DNA of 64,000 nucleotides, from the IMG/VR virus record IMGVR_UViG_3300042469_000981; one strand, given 5' to 3'. Below are positions 28,967 to 39,736 of this stretch, one piece after another. The notes beneath the pieces are model-generated. The model did not search any database. It was not told where the DNA came from and worked only from the letters and a program-made list of their open reading frames with translations. The DNA comes from a virus. The first letter of the stretch is position 1. The number at the start of each line of letters is the position of its first letter. The position numbers were made by a program, and so were the translations under genes.

Positions 28967-30065
28967 TTAAGAGTTGTGGGATGGTTGAGCAAGCTTAATT
29001 TTTTTAAGTTCACTATATGCTTTTTGAACTAATCTATGCTCACACCTTATCTCTCCATTTTGTTTTAATTCTTTTACTTTGTCATGCAACTCATAAAGGA
29101 ATCCTTTAGCATGAGCCTTGTGATATAATTCTTCAATTAGTTCATTATTAGTCATAGATATAAATATACTTATTTCTTATCTAAGTAATGACGTTCATGT
29201 GGTCTTAATTGAACTTCACGCTTCATAGTATGAATATATTGAGTACCAAACTCCTTTGGTTTTTTACATCTAATATTAGTATTCCAATAATATAGAGGAG
29301 CATTATACTCTTCATAACTTGGCTCACCTTTACTATATCTTACAAAACGTCTTGGGCCATTAAAACTTCTAAACTCTCTACAAGTAACTCTATACCATTT
29401 ACCATTTTGTAGTTGGACTTGACTTTCAACAACAGTATTAAAGTCATACCTTAGTGTTTCTGTTTGGCCTCTTTTTTCACTCATATTAATCTAACAAACC
29501 GTTATTTTCTATAGTGTACCATACTCTTTCTTTCCATACTTCCAACTTAACACCTTCAATCCGGTCAGCATCTTTATAACCTAACATAGTATAATCAGCT
29601 AGTTTCCAAACCAATTCCATTAGTTTAGTGTCTGCTAGTTCCATATCACCTGTTTGAAGAATGTTTAGGCAATTTTTCCACATTGGGGTAATTATATTTG
29701 TTTTTCTCATAACTTTTATTTCTTTAATACATGAATTGTCCATCCGGTCCAAGCTGCTGCTATTATTATTGTAACTACCATAACTTTATTTATTAAATAT
29801 AATCTTGAATATCATACATGTGCGTATCTTGATAAATTTCTACCATATCAAACTCGTTAGCTCTTTCATTTAAACTAGCAACTGTTTCAAAATAATCTTC
29901 TTTAGTTTTAACAGGAAAATCAACTTGGTTTCCATTATCTAAACGCTTAACACATATACGAACCATATCGTATGATTCAATATAACCTGTCATTTCAGCT
30001 CTTCTAAGTTCAACATCATTATCAAATGTAAACTTGTAATTAGGATTGATTTTTATTTTTTCCAT
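28967..30065 (-). CDS. Four small hypothetical genes (28967-29155, 29170-29484, 29486-29752, 29793-30065)
   Basis: Co-oriented ORFs with no motifs recognised. Confidence 0.55.
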
Positions 30066-30087
30066 AACCTTTATTTCTTTTATAATA

Positions 30088-30119
30088 TAAATATAACAAA
30101 TTAATCTCCGAAAGCCAAA
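30088..30119 (-). promoter_or_regulatory. Bacteroidota-type promoter
   Basis: TTTG-N20-TATATTTA. Confidence 0.72.
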
Positions 30120-30251
30120 CCCCTCTTTTCCTTTTTACGGTCGTAAACCTTTTTACTTGATTTAACCCTTGTAATCATGTTACGACGAATAATTTGTTTA
30201 ACCTGTCCTTTACTTAAACCGTTAAATTTATCTTCCTGTTTCATCATATTG

Positions 30252-30288
30252 TAAATATAACAAAGGGATCTAGCAAAGCCAAACCCCT
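30252..30288 (-). promoter_or_regulatory. Promoter overlapping a terminator-like hairpin; ATG 4 nt downstream (48-aa basic ORF)
   Basis: TTTG-N20-TATATTTA-CAAT-ATG; stem AGGGGTTTGGC-TTT-GCTAGATCCCT. Confidence 0.65.
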
Positions 30289-30312
30289 TTTTTTATTATA
30301 ATTTGTTTTTTA

Positions 30313-31261
30313 TTATTTAATAATACCTGCTCTATGTAACCACTGACGGTTAATATATTCTTTAAGTTCAGTATCATCTTCTTCAGTTTTTACTTCTGAA
30401 GTTGGTTCTGTGTTTCTAATTTGGTCTAATAAAGTGCCTACAAAGTATTGTCTACCTTTATTCATATCAAGAGTAACCCATTTATCTTCTAACCAAACAT
30501 AAACAACCTCCGCACCTTTTCCCTTAGCATAATAATATAATTCACTAAATAAATCTTCTGGTTCATCATCTGTGATTTGTACTGCACCACCTTTATCATA
30601 GCGTTCTACCTCTCCAGTTTCAGAATCAATAAATCTAATATCATTACCGTTCATTACTAAATCCTCAGCTTCAGAATCTGAATTGAAGTATTCTGGGAGT
30701 ACTTTATTTAAGTCAGAGTCTGATGCATAATGGATATAAATTGAAAATATTGAATTTGAATCTGCTAAATAAGCTATTTGTCCTCTTGTCATAATTTTAT
30801 TATAAATATGCTAAATTTTTAAAGTTTGTATTTAGATTGCCATTTTTGAATAAATATTTCACCTAAACCTACCTCAAGCCAAATAGCTGCTTCTGGTATA
30901 CCTGGCAGTTTACATTTAGGGTCAATTACTTCATCAACATTTTTGTTTTTGAATATTTTCATTTTGGTTTGAGCATTTGACCTATTAGAGGTTTTAAATA
31001 CTACAATAACTGGATCGTCTACATATGATTTACTTCTAGCCATTATCTATACATTATAATAAAATCTCCAAAGTGATGGTCCATAACTTGAATCAACCAT
31101 TCATAGTCTGCACTTGTCATCTCGCTATGAATTATATCCCAATCTTTATTTAATTTATGAGATAAGTCCTTAGCAATAGATAATAATACAAAAGCATTAC
31201 CATCAGGACCTAATAAATCAATTTCAATTTTATCTTTTTTAGGACGTCTACTTGTTATCAT
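30313..31261 (-). CDS. Three hypothetical genes (30313-30792, 30819-31043, 31043-31261)
   Basis: ORFs; the last has the motif IDL.GPDGNAF.L. Confidence 0.55.
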
Positions 31262-31731
31262 TTGCTTAATTGTTTTCTAACTTCTTGAACATGTTTACAA
31301 CCTTTACTTCTATCTTTACATCTAAAAAAACCACTACAGTTACAAGTTAATTTATCACCTTGTTTAGTAACCTTATAAAATAAACCTTTTTCACTTGATG
31401 ATTCAAATTTCCAAGTTTCTTTATTAACTGGTGCTTCTACTTTAACTGGTTTAATCCATTCAATATCCTCTAATGTAGTTTCAGAATGAACTTCTTGCCA
31501 AGTAGGAACAATAAATTTCTTACCTGATACAGGTGAAACAAATAATGTTGGAGGTAATTGTGGATGCTCATAAGTGTATTTAAATACATAAACACCATTA
31601 CTAATAATACTCTTAGATGGTTTGAAACCATAAGATGTAGTTTTAGAATATTTAAGGAACTTATTAGTATAAGTAATTTCTTGACCTAAAATATTTACTT
31701 TATGTGTTTCAATTATTCTATGTAATGCCAT
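31258..31731 (-). CDS. SWIM zinc-finger protein
   Basis: LTCNCSGF...GCKHV. Confidence 0.75.
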   Translation of the reverse strand: MALHRIIETHKVNILGQEITYTNKFLKYSKTTSYGFKPSKSIISNGVYVFKYTYEHPQLPPTLFVSPVSGKKFIVPTWQEVHSETTLEDIEWIKPVKVEAPVNKETWKFESSSEKGLFYKVTKQGDKLTCNCSGFFRCKDRSKGCKHVQEVRKQLSK

Positions 31732-31753
31732 AACCTTTATTTTTATTATGACA

Positions 31754-31785
31754 TAAATATAACAAATGTGTTTTACGAGGCCAAA
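31754..31785 (-). promoter_or_regulatory. Bacteroidota-type promoter
   Basis: TTTG-N20-TATATTTA-TGTCATAATAA. Confidence 0.75.
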
Positions 31786-32392
31786 CCCTTCTTTTTTTCC
31801 TTAGTAAGGATTTCTTTCTTATAATATTCAACCACCATTTGATAGTCTAAAGTAAGAGCAATACATAAACTTTCTAATGCCTCCCAATCATTAATAGCTA
31901 TTTGAACCATTAAATCATCTGGGAGGCTTTGAAAGAATTCTATTGTTCCACTATTATTAGTCTTCATTAAGGATTTCTTTCAACCATTCAGGTTGTTTTT
32001 TGATTTTACCTTTACGTTTAAGTTCTTCTAACCAAATTTTCAGAACCGCTAATCTTTGTACATTACTTGTTTTACTCATTACTTTTTGCTTTATTTAAAA
32101 CTTCGTTATTTTCTTTTATACGTTTATTGAATTTTTTACCATGCGCTCTACTTTTTTTATATCGCTTAGATAAAGTATGAGGTACATATTTTTTATTTAT
32201 AGTACTCATAATTTATCCTTGTCCTACATTTACTTTAACATAGTTTTTAGAGCCTTTATTTTTAGACATTTTAGTCTTTGCATGGATACCTTTTCTAGAT
32301 TTTTTAGGTTTTTCTTTGTAAAGCGATGAAGCGCTTATTGATGTTTTTTTAGATTTTGCTGCTGCCATGCTGATAAATACATGGCTTTGTTT

Positions 32393-32920
32393 TTAAAGTC
32401 TTTCCCATTTATTCTTATAGTCCTTATTAGTAGTAGCATAAACAGCATAGTCATTTCTAATTGGTTGACCACTATTATAAGCACCACAAGCCAATGTCCA
32501 GTCATGGTGGATTGAGTACCAGTTGCGAAGCATTTTCATACTAATCATAACATTTAAATCAATATTAGTTTTTAATTCTTTTTCACTAATACGACGCCTA
32601 ACATAAGGTCTAGCCCAACGTGTAATAATCTGCATTGGCCCTACTGCTCCAGCATATGATTTTTGATATGGATTGTAATTAAAATGAAATGGGCCTTGAT
32701 AACGTGTTTCTAAATAAGCAACATTATAAGCAATATGTTTAGGAATATTAAAACTATCACTCCAGTGTTCAATTGACTCATACATCTGGAGTGAAATAGT
32801 TCCATTAGCTAAATCTAAACGTTCTTCAAAATAATCTAGACGTCGGTTAACATTATAATACATTAACCCAATAATACCTAGAATAATAATCAAATACCAA
32901 CTTTTTAATTTAGCAAACAT
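32393..32920 (-). CDS. Membrane-anchored lytic transglycosylase (SLT domain)
   Basis: N-terminal TM; YLETRY, AGAVGPMQI, N+MISMKML, GAYNSG. Confidence 0.82.
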   Translation of the reverse strand: MFAKLKSWYLIIILGIIGLMYYNVNRRLDYFEERLDLANGTISLQMYESIEHWSDSFNIPKHIAYNVAYLETRYQGPFHFNYNPYQKSYAGAVGPMQIITRWARPYVRRRISEKELKTNIDLNVMISMKMLRNWYSIHHDWTLACGAYNSGQPIRNDYAVYATTNKDYKNKWERL

Positions 32921-32928
32921 ATTTTATT

Positions 32929-33246
32929 TTATTTAGTTACAACAGGACTAGCAATCTTAGAAGCATACATTTTAAAAATGATTCGACCTACTGAATCACT
33001 ATAAATACTATAACTTCCTGTTTTACGATCCATCATAATCAATTTGTCTTCTGAATCAATAGCAATTCGAACTTCTTTATTTAAAATAGTTTCATTAACC
33101 GATTTGGGTTTCATTTTCAATTCATTGAAATAGTAACCTAGACCAAAACCAGCAATCAAAGTTGATGCTACAATAGTAATGTTCATAAAGCGAGCAAATG
33201 CTGCTTTAAATTTTTCCTTGAACTCTTCTGTGATTAATTTTTTCAT
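32929..33246 (-). CDS. Single-TM hypothetical protein
   Basis: TM ITIVASTLIAGFGLGYY. Confidence 0.55.
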   Translation of the reverse strand: MKKLITEEFKEKFKAAFARFMNITIVASTLIAGFGLGYYFNELKMKPKSVNETILNKEVRIAIDSEDKLIMMDRKTGSYSIYSDSVGRIIFKMYASKIASPVVTK

Positions 33247-33263
33247 AACATTTATTTTTGTTG

Positions 33264-33295
33264 TAAATATAATATTAGCTTATTATTAAGCCAAA
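33264..33295 (-). promoter_or_regulatory. Bacteroidota-type promoter
   Basis: TTTG-N20-TATATTTA. Confidence 0.7.
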
Positions 33296-33301
33296 TTTAA
33301 G

Positions 33302-33825
33302 TTAACTTTTTTTAGGCCTACCTCGTTTGACAACAGGTGGATTTTTTAATTTACTAACAGCATTAACAATACGTTGACAATCTTCATATTGTTCTTCTCT
33401 AATATAGTAAGGTAAATTTTCTTCTAATGTCTCAATAAAGTGTTTTCGCTCAACAGTAATGTCATAAATTTCTCCCTCCTCTAAACAGTTTATAGATAAA
33501 ACATGAACATGCTTCTTTTTTGAGTCCATATTATTTAATATACCATCTACAATAGCTTTAGCTATTCTAAAATCTTTATTATCAACAAGTTCTTGGAACT
33601 CATCTGAATTGTTAACTGTTATCTCTTTCATCATAATCAAAATAAGTTAAAGAAATCTGTTTTTATATTCTTCTCTTTTAATTTACTAAATTTTTCTTGT
33701 TCCTCCAAGCTTTTAGTAGCTAATTTTTCTAAATGTTTTTGTTTTTGGACATCAAAATCATTAACAAGGGAATCATGTTTTTTATGTTTGCCTTTTTTTA
33801 GTAATGGTACTCGTTTCTTTTTCAT
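33302..33825 (-). CDS. Two hypothetical genes (33302-33640 with UVR-like EEQYEDC and AT-hook-like KRGRPKK; 33637-33825)
   Basis: Motifs as named. Confidence 0.5.
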
Positions 33826-34466
33826 AGGCGGGAGATAAATTCACTACCATCATCTAAAGGTTTAGGGTCATATAGTCCTAATTCTCTAAGGCGTTGTTGA
33901 GTATAATCATCTACTTCCCAATCAACTTTAGATTCATTTTTAACTAAATGATCTTCTAGACCCTCCAGTTGTTTGTCGCTAAATATGTCTCCAATTTGGA
34001 GGAAATAACAGTTATAACAAAGCATTTCTAGGTTATCAAGACGATAATGTTGTTTGTTACCATCTTTAAAATTTAAAATTAAAGGCATTTTATAATCTAG
34101 TAAACGATGCTCATGAAAACCACATGAGTAACATTCTTCCTTCATATAACCCTCTTGTAATAATCTATATTTAATTTTATTAGGGTTGAATGAGGATGGA
34201 TCTAATCTACCTTCAATAATGTCTAATAAAGCAAAATCACGTCTTGGTTTACCATTACTTAAAAATTTAGGAATGCCTTTACCTGATTGGTTTTTATGTT
34301 GTTCAAATAAATTAGCATAACCAGGTTGTGTTGCCTCATATCTCCTAGCCCACATTTTGTAATGTATGTAAGAACAATTCAAATAGCGAGCTGCTGCTTT
34401 ATTTGATTTGGTTTTAGCCATAGCAGCTAAAATCATTTCCTTACCAAGTGGTCTTGCTTTTGGCAT
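33822..34466 (-). CDS. HTH plus degenerate HNH/zinc-finger protein
   Basis: N-terminal HTH-like SNKAAARYL; CYSCG...LNFKDGN..HYRLDNLEMLCYNCY. Confidence 0.65.
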   Translation of the reverse strand: MPKARPLGKEMILAAMAKTKSNKAAARYLNCSYIHYKMWARRYEATQPGYANLFEQHKNQSGKGIPKFLSNGKPRRDFALLDIIEGRLDPSSFNPNKIKYRLLQEGYMKEECYSCGFHEHRLLDYKMPLILNFKDGNKQHYRLDNLEMLCYNCYFLQIGDIFSDKQLEGLEDHLVKNESKVDWEVDDYTQQRLRELGLYDPKPLDDGSEFISRL

Positions 34467-34762
34467 TACTCTTCGTTTGGTTTTACTTCTCTAAATCCTG
34501 GAGGGATTTCTGTTTGAGTTTCATCAATAGGTTCAAATAATTTATTTCCAGTTTTACGAAGTTTATTTTCAGCTTCAACATAGGCTTTATAATCTTCATG
34601 TTCCAAATGAATAGTTTCAATCCAAGTATGATCACCTTCACCTTTCATTATTGTGACAACACCTTTTTTCTGAACACCTGAACAGCTAACACAGGTTTTA
34701 GCTGTTGGTAGGGCTTTTAATCTTCCTTCTGGAATTATGTCTCCACATTTAATACAATTCAT
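34466..34762 (-). CDS. TraR/DksA C4 zinc-finger protein
   Basis: CIKCGDIIPEGRLKALPTAKTCVSC. Confidence 0.8.
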   Translation of the reverse strand: MNCIKCGDIIPEGRLKALPTAKTCVSCSGVQKKGVVTIMKGEGDHTWIETIHLEHEDYKAYVEAENKLRKTGNKLFEPIDETQTEIPPGFREVKPNEE

Positions 34763-34765
34763 AAC

Positions 34766-35149
34766 TTATTTATTTTTTTCTATATTATCTACTCGTTTTA
34801 AAAATTCCCAAAGTTGTTCTGTTGTCTCAACAATTACATTTTCTTCAGTTTCATTATCATGGTCATTTAATTTAATGGCTACCACATTGCCTTCCTCATC
34901 ATAACGGTTATATACCCACCATAATACAATGTCTGTTTTCCATTCACCGTATTTAATGAATAATAAATTTTCAATCATTATATAAAATGGTTCTTCATAT
35001 GAGGTAATATTTAAGGCGTGTTCCTCTAAGGTTGAACTGCGCTCAAAACATTCATCTAATAAAGAAATAATGTCAATGAAAATTTCTTTTTCACTTAACT
35101 CTTTTTTCTTTTTTGATTTAATATTTACGTTTTTACCAAAGTTTTTCAT
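34766..35149 (-). CDS. Hypothetical protein
   Basis: ORF. Confidence 0.55.
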   Translation of the reverse strand: MKNFGKNVNIKSKKKKELSEKEIFIDIISLLDECFERSSTLEEHALNITSYEEPFYIMIENLLFIKYGEWKTDIVLWWVYNRYDEEGNVVAIKLNDHDNETEENVIVETTEQLWEFLKRVDNIEKNK

Positions 35150-35300
35150 AATATAGTTGTTACACCAAATATTTTTAAAAATTCTTTTAATGGGAGTTGT
35201 TTACGCTCAGCAAACAATTTAGCAGCTTGTAATCTAGATGTTGTAACTACACGACCAATTGTTTCTTTATTTTTATCGTTTCTGTTATAAAATTTAAATA

Positions 35301-36206
35301 TCATAATCTAATATACTTATGTTGTTGTTCTTCTAAACTATTAATAGTTATTTTTAAATTTCCAATTTGGAATGTTCCTGTATCATTTGTTTCTTTTACA
35401 ATATCATTTAATTGTTGAATATAATTATAATCCTGTTGTGTTATAGTCTTACCATCAATTTCTACAATTACATCTTCACCATCATTAAACCATAAGCCTA
35501 ATGATTGTTTTATATTAGTATCCATATCACCATGGATGATTAATTTTTTATTATAAACTACATTGTATGTTGATTTTCTAAACCCCCACTTTTTAACAAA
35601 GTTAAAATTAGATTCTTGTTCTATAGATTGATAGTCACCTACACGAGATGTTTTACTAACAAAATGATAAACATGAGCTGAACTAACTTTATGTTCAAAA
35701 CCAGCTAGTTTATATCTTAAATGCAAATCATCATCTTCACAAAACATTTTAAAAGTATTACCATCAATACCAATATAATCCTCTTTCATACAACCAAAGA
35801 ATAATTGTGAACCACCATCAACTAAACTTTCCTCTATATTAAAATCTAAGAATTTTTGATTATTAAATGTTTTTAAATCATTACCACAATCCAAAATAAT
35901 TTTACCAGCATATATGTCGGGATAAATAGGAGGTTCAATTCTTGTGTAAGTTGTTATTCTTCCTTTTTGAATATGTTTATCCATAGTTTCAAGAAAACCA
36001 GGCTTAATAACCATATCATTATGAAGTAAAATAATTTTTTCACCTTTTGCTTTAGCAACAGCATTATTATAATTTAAACCTAAAGTAATACTGTTGTTTT
36101 CTTCAATAACTACATCAACATCAGGATAAATTTCTTTAATATTATTTAAAATATTAATAGTGTATTCTGTGTTGGTTTTATTTGTTGGGATGATTAATGA
36201 TATCAT
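35301..36206 (-). CDS. Glycosyltransferase family 2
   Basis: ISLIIP, NNAVAKAKGEKIILLHND, EDDDL..R, VYHFVS. Confidence 0.85.
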   Translation of the reverse strand: MISLIIPTNKTNTEYTINILNNIKEIYPDVDVVIEENNSITLGLNYNNAVAKAKGEKIILLHNDMVIKPGFLETMDKHIQKGRITTYTRIEPPIYPDIYAGKIILDCGNDLKTFNNQKFLDFNIEESLVDGGSQLFFGCMKEDYIGIDGNTFKMFCEDDDLHLRYKLAGFEHKVSSAHVYHFVSKTSRVGDYQSIEQESNFNFVKKWGFRKSTYNVVYNKKLIIHGDMDTNIKQSLGLWFNDGEDVIVEIDGKTITQQDYNYIQQLNDIVKETNDTGTFQIGNLKITINSLEEQQHKYIRL

Positions 36207-36207
36207 A

Positions 36208-36897
36208 TTAATATGTTTTATAAAAATCGTCTACTGATATAATATTTAGTAATTCTTCTCTATATGAGTCAAAATAGTTCCATTCTAAACATTTTTCTAA
36301 AGAAGCTTTATTGTAAAGTTCTTGTGGTTTTTGTTTAACTATACCCACTCCCCAATCTGTGTCTACTACTTTTATTTCTAAATTAGGTTCAGTACATCTA
36401 AGTTTAACTACTGATTTCCAAACATCTCCATTCCATAAGCCTGAAATTCGAGGAATAACCTGGTTTGTAAATTCAGGTGGATTACAATCATGTAATATAA
36501 TAAATCCATTAGGCATTAAATGATTTAAGGAATTTTTTATATCTTTATCTACTTGATTTGAATGATGAAGACCATCTATAAAAATAATATCATACTTAAT
36601 ATCATGTCCCTTAATAAAATCAAAAAACTCATCAGAAGTAATAGGATAGTTAATTTCAGGAACATTCATACCTCCAACCTCTGATCCTGGTGAAGGATCA
36701 ACTCCGTCTTTATGTATGGCCTTAATTTTTCTTATACAAAGCCCATCATTTACTCCTATTTCTAAATAGTTTAGAAAATTATAGTTTTTTATTAAATGGT
36801 TAATTAAATCCCATCTTTTAACTCCGTTAGGGTCAGCATAGATATCATTTGAATATTTTTTCATATTATTGTGCTTTACTAAATGCTGCGTAGACAT
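36208..36897 (-). CDS. Class I SAM-dependent methyltransferase (Methyltransf_24-like)
   Basis: YLEIGV..G, SDEFF, YDIIFIDGLH, G.IILHD. Confidence 0.85.
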   Translation of the reverse strand: MSTQHLVKHNNMKKYSNDIYADPNGVKRWDLINHLIKNYNFLNYLEIGVNDGLCIRKIKAIHKDGVDPSPGSEVGGMNVPEINYPITSDEFFDFIKGHDIKYDIIFIDGLHHSNQVDKDIKNSLNHLMPNGFIILHDCNPPEFTNQVIPRISGLWNGDVWKSVVKLRCTEPNLEIKVVDTDWGVGIVKQKPQELYNKASLEKCLEWNYFDSYREELLNIISVDDFYKTY

Positions 36898-37822
36898 TTT
36901 TTGGTATTATATTTTTTTCTTTTAATTGCTCAACTCCTTTATTAATATATTGAGGTAAATTAGCTTCAAATATTGATCTTTGTTCTTTTGCTCCTATTTT
37001 TATACTTAAAAAATCTTTATAATAAGAAGTAAAATCTCTATCTCTTAAATCTCCCATACTGTAATCTAATATAGTTTCTCCTCTTAAAACATATTGCTGG
37101 AAGTCAACATTATTTAGCTTAGTAAAATCAGATAACAACATTGAATAATAATCCCATGGGCCATATCCTGTCCAATCATCATGAATAGGACATAAGTTTT
37201 CATAAAACTCTTTATTATATATGTCAAACCATATAGCCCATTTACTTTTATCTACAGTTTCTAAAAACCTTTCATCTTCTGGATGGTTTATGTCTTTCAT
37301 AAGATGAAAAATATCAAAGTCACCCCATTTATCATAAGGAACATCCATGTATTTTTTATTAGTTATACTATCCCATGTGCTGTCCCACATCTTATGTATT
37401 TCAGGAGTAACAACAAAATATTTATTTTTTACTAAACGAACGGATTCAATTAAGTAAGATAACAAATACTCACTAAAATATATATCAGGGCAAATAGAAA
37501 TATAGTAATCAAATTCTTTACCATAAGCTATTTTTTGCATATCTAATAAACCATAGTTTTCATCTCCATCATAAATGATAGAGTTATGTTTATAGTCTTT
37601 TAGTAAAATAGCTAAATCATTATATTTTTTAATAAAAAATTCTTTTGGTAATTGACTATTGTCCCAATCAATGATATGGTTAGATAAATTTAAATGAGTA
37701 TCAATAGTAATTTCTATATCTTTATTCAAATAATAAAATGATTTTTTTAGTTGGGTATATGACAGTAATGCAAAATCAATTTGCCAAGGCATAATTAAAT
37801 AAAATAGTTTTATCTTAATCAT
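36866..37822 (-). CDS. Hypothetical protein, probable glycosyltransferase-like
   Basis: YISICPDIYFS and GYGPWD motifs; inside the glycan cluster. Confidence 0.45.
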   Translation of the reverse strand: MIKIKLFYLIMPWQIDFALLSYTQLKKSFYYLNKDIEITIDTHLNLSNHIIDWDNSQLPKEFFIKKYNDLAILLKDYKHNSIIYDGDENYGLLDMQKIAYGKEFDYYISICPDIYFSEYLLSYLIESVRLVKNKYFVVTPEIHKMWDSTWDSITNKKYMDVPYDKWGDFDIFHLMKDINHPEDERFLETVDKSKWAIWFDIYNKEFYENLCPIHDDWTGYGPWDYYSMLLSDFTKLNNVDFQQYVLRGETILDYSMGDLRDRDFTSYYKDFLSIKIGAKEQRSIFEANLPQYINKGVEQLKEKNIIPKNVYAAFSKAQ

Positions 37823-38322
37823 AATTTACCGGTTTTAATTTCAGTTACTATTTGCTCAATAGTCAATTTTCTTCCTAAAATATTCATCTCATTTTTAGTA
37901 AAAGGTTTAATTAAATTTACCCAATATAAGAATTCATCTAAACTTAAAACATATCGAGTAGTGTTTTGTACATTAGGTTCTATTCCTTTACTTAGCTGAG
38001 ATTTAAATACATTTAGTATAGTGTTTGGAGTTTTTACCCATTCACAAACTTCAATCCTCACTATAGTATAATATTTAAAATTATTTCTAATATATTCTTC
38101 TATCTCTATTTTATGGTCAGTGTATCTATCTTTTTTATAATAGACTCCTAAATTTGAAAAATAAACTATATGTTTATCTTTTGAAATTGTTTTAAGAAGA
38201 TTAAATTCTCTTTCATATTCATTTTCATCCACACATGTACTATTACTTACCCCGGATGCGAAAAATACTAAGTCATTATTGTCTTTAAGGACATTAGCTA
38301 TACTCCCATTACCTATTATCAT
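37819..38322 (-). CDS. Short NAD-dependent epimerase/dehydratase-like protein
   Basis: MIIGNG.IA, FFASGVSNS, VYFS, Y..HK. Confidence 0.75.
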   Translation of the reverse strand: MIIGNGSIANVLKDNNDLVFFASGVSNSTCVDENEYEREFNLLKTISKDKHIVYFSNLGVYYKKDRYTDHKIEIEEYIRNNFKYYTIVRIEVCEWVKTPNTILNVFKSQLSKGIEPNVQNTTRYVLSLDEFLYWVNLIKPFTKNEMNILGRKLTIEQIVTEIKTGKL

Positions 38323-39131
38323 ATTAACTTATTATGTTTAAAAATTTGAGTTATTGTGTTAACTATGTTTTGTTCGTAATCTACGTAATCTAAAGCTAAT
38401 TTCCAATTTTTTTCAATTATTTCTTTTCTATTTTCATAATAACTTTCATTTAGTTGATTAGTTATATAAACTAAATCATCAACATTATTAAAAGTTATAA
38501 TACCATCCATATCAAAATAATCACCTATGTTTGAGCAACCCCAATATAAAGGAATAGTTTTAAGCAAAAAACAATCTAATATTTTTTCAGTAAAATATCC
38601 TCTGTAAGAAGTATTTTCAATCACTACTCCAAATTGTGAATTACCAAATATAAATTCTTTACCTAAACGAGCATCATCAATATTATTTCTGTCTCCATAG
38701 GTCTCATAAAACTTAGTAGGAATGCTAAATTCATTTTTTCTAGCGGTAGCTTCATGTCTTAAAGAATGACCATATGTTTTAAGTAACTTACCTTGTAAAT
38801 GAGCCAATTGGAATGTTTTATCATGATTTTTATTATATTGATCGGGTTTAAGCCAAGTATGTCCAAAAGGTTGAAAAATAGCATTATCACAATTGTTTAA
38901 TACTTTATCATTTTGAGTTAAAATAATAGTGAATATATCTTTATTTTTAATAACCCAATCATGTAATCCAAAGTATTCATTTGGTTCCTGGAATGCAATT
39001 ATATTAATTGGAGATAATTCTTCTTGAGATTGAGGAGCAGTATCAATAAATAAAGAAAAATCTAAATAAGATAAATGTTTAAGTTTATCTTCAAAAATCT
39101 GTTTATCAAAGTGTGCTACTTTTAATTTCAT
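38319..39131 (-). CDS. Glycosyltransferase family 10-like (fucosyltransferase)
   Basis: FGVVIENTSYRGYFTEKILDCFLLKTIPLYWG. Confidence 0.8.
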   Translation of the reverse strand: MKLKVAHFDKQIFEDKLKHLSYLDFSLFIDTAPQSQEELSPINIIAFQEPNEYFGLHDWVIKNKDIFTIILTQNDKVLNNCDNAIFQPFGHTWLKPDQYNKNHDKTFQLAHLQGKLLKTYGHSLRHEATARKNEFSIPTKFYETYGDRNNIDDARLGKEFIFGNSQFGVVIENTSYRGYFTEKILDCFLLKTIPLYWGCSNIGDYFDMDGIITFNNVDDLVYITNQLNESYYENRKEIIEKNWKLALDYVDYEQNIVNTITQIFKHNKLI

Positions 39132-39736
39132 AACGTATTATAAAACTGGTTTTGTTTTTCTTGTTTTTCAATAGTTTTTGGATGAATTAAAGCTAACTCA
39201 TCAACTGCAGGCAGTACAGTGAAACGTTTATGACCTTCAATCACTTCATGAACCGCATTCCTCCATTTAATTTCAGGAACATTTCTATAAATTCGTGTTT
39301 GATAATCAGGCCAATTTACTCTTTCATTTTCATATTTCCAACCCCATTTTTGTATATGTTCTGATGTAATACCACTTACTGTATTAATTCTAGGAACATA
39401 ATACAAATCAACTTCTGGATTGGCTTTAAGAATTTGAGGAAGTAATTCTAACATTTCAAGAGCTATTAATTCATCAGCGTCAATCTGAAAGATAAATTCT
39501 CCTAAACAGTGTTTTGTTAATTCATTTTTATATGAAGCAAAATCTTTATTTAAAGGATAAAACCAATGTTTTATTCCTCTATCAAGAATAACACTTACTA
39601 CTTCTTTAGTATGATTATCCTGATCAATTTGGACTACGATTTCATACTCAGGTGATAGAGCACGTTCTTGAAGATAATCAAGTAACGTCTCTAACTCCTG
39701 ATGTTCGTTACATACAGTGATTGCTAGGCTAATCAT
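39128..39736 (-). CDS. Glycosyltransferase family 2
   Basis: ISLAITVCNE, DFASYKN, IFQIDADE, WPDYQ.R. Confidence 0.85.
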   Translation of the reverse strand: MISLAITVCNEHQELETLLDYLQERALSPEYEIVVQIDQDNHTKEVVSVILDRGIKHWFYPLNKDFASYKNELTKHCLGEFIFQIDADELIALEMLELLPQILKANPEVDLYYVPRINTVSGITSEHIQKWGWKYENERVNWPDYQTRIYRNVPEIKWRNAVHEVIEGHKRFTVLPAVDELALIHPKTIEKQEKQNQFYNTL

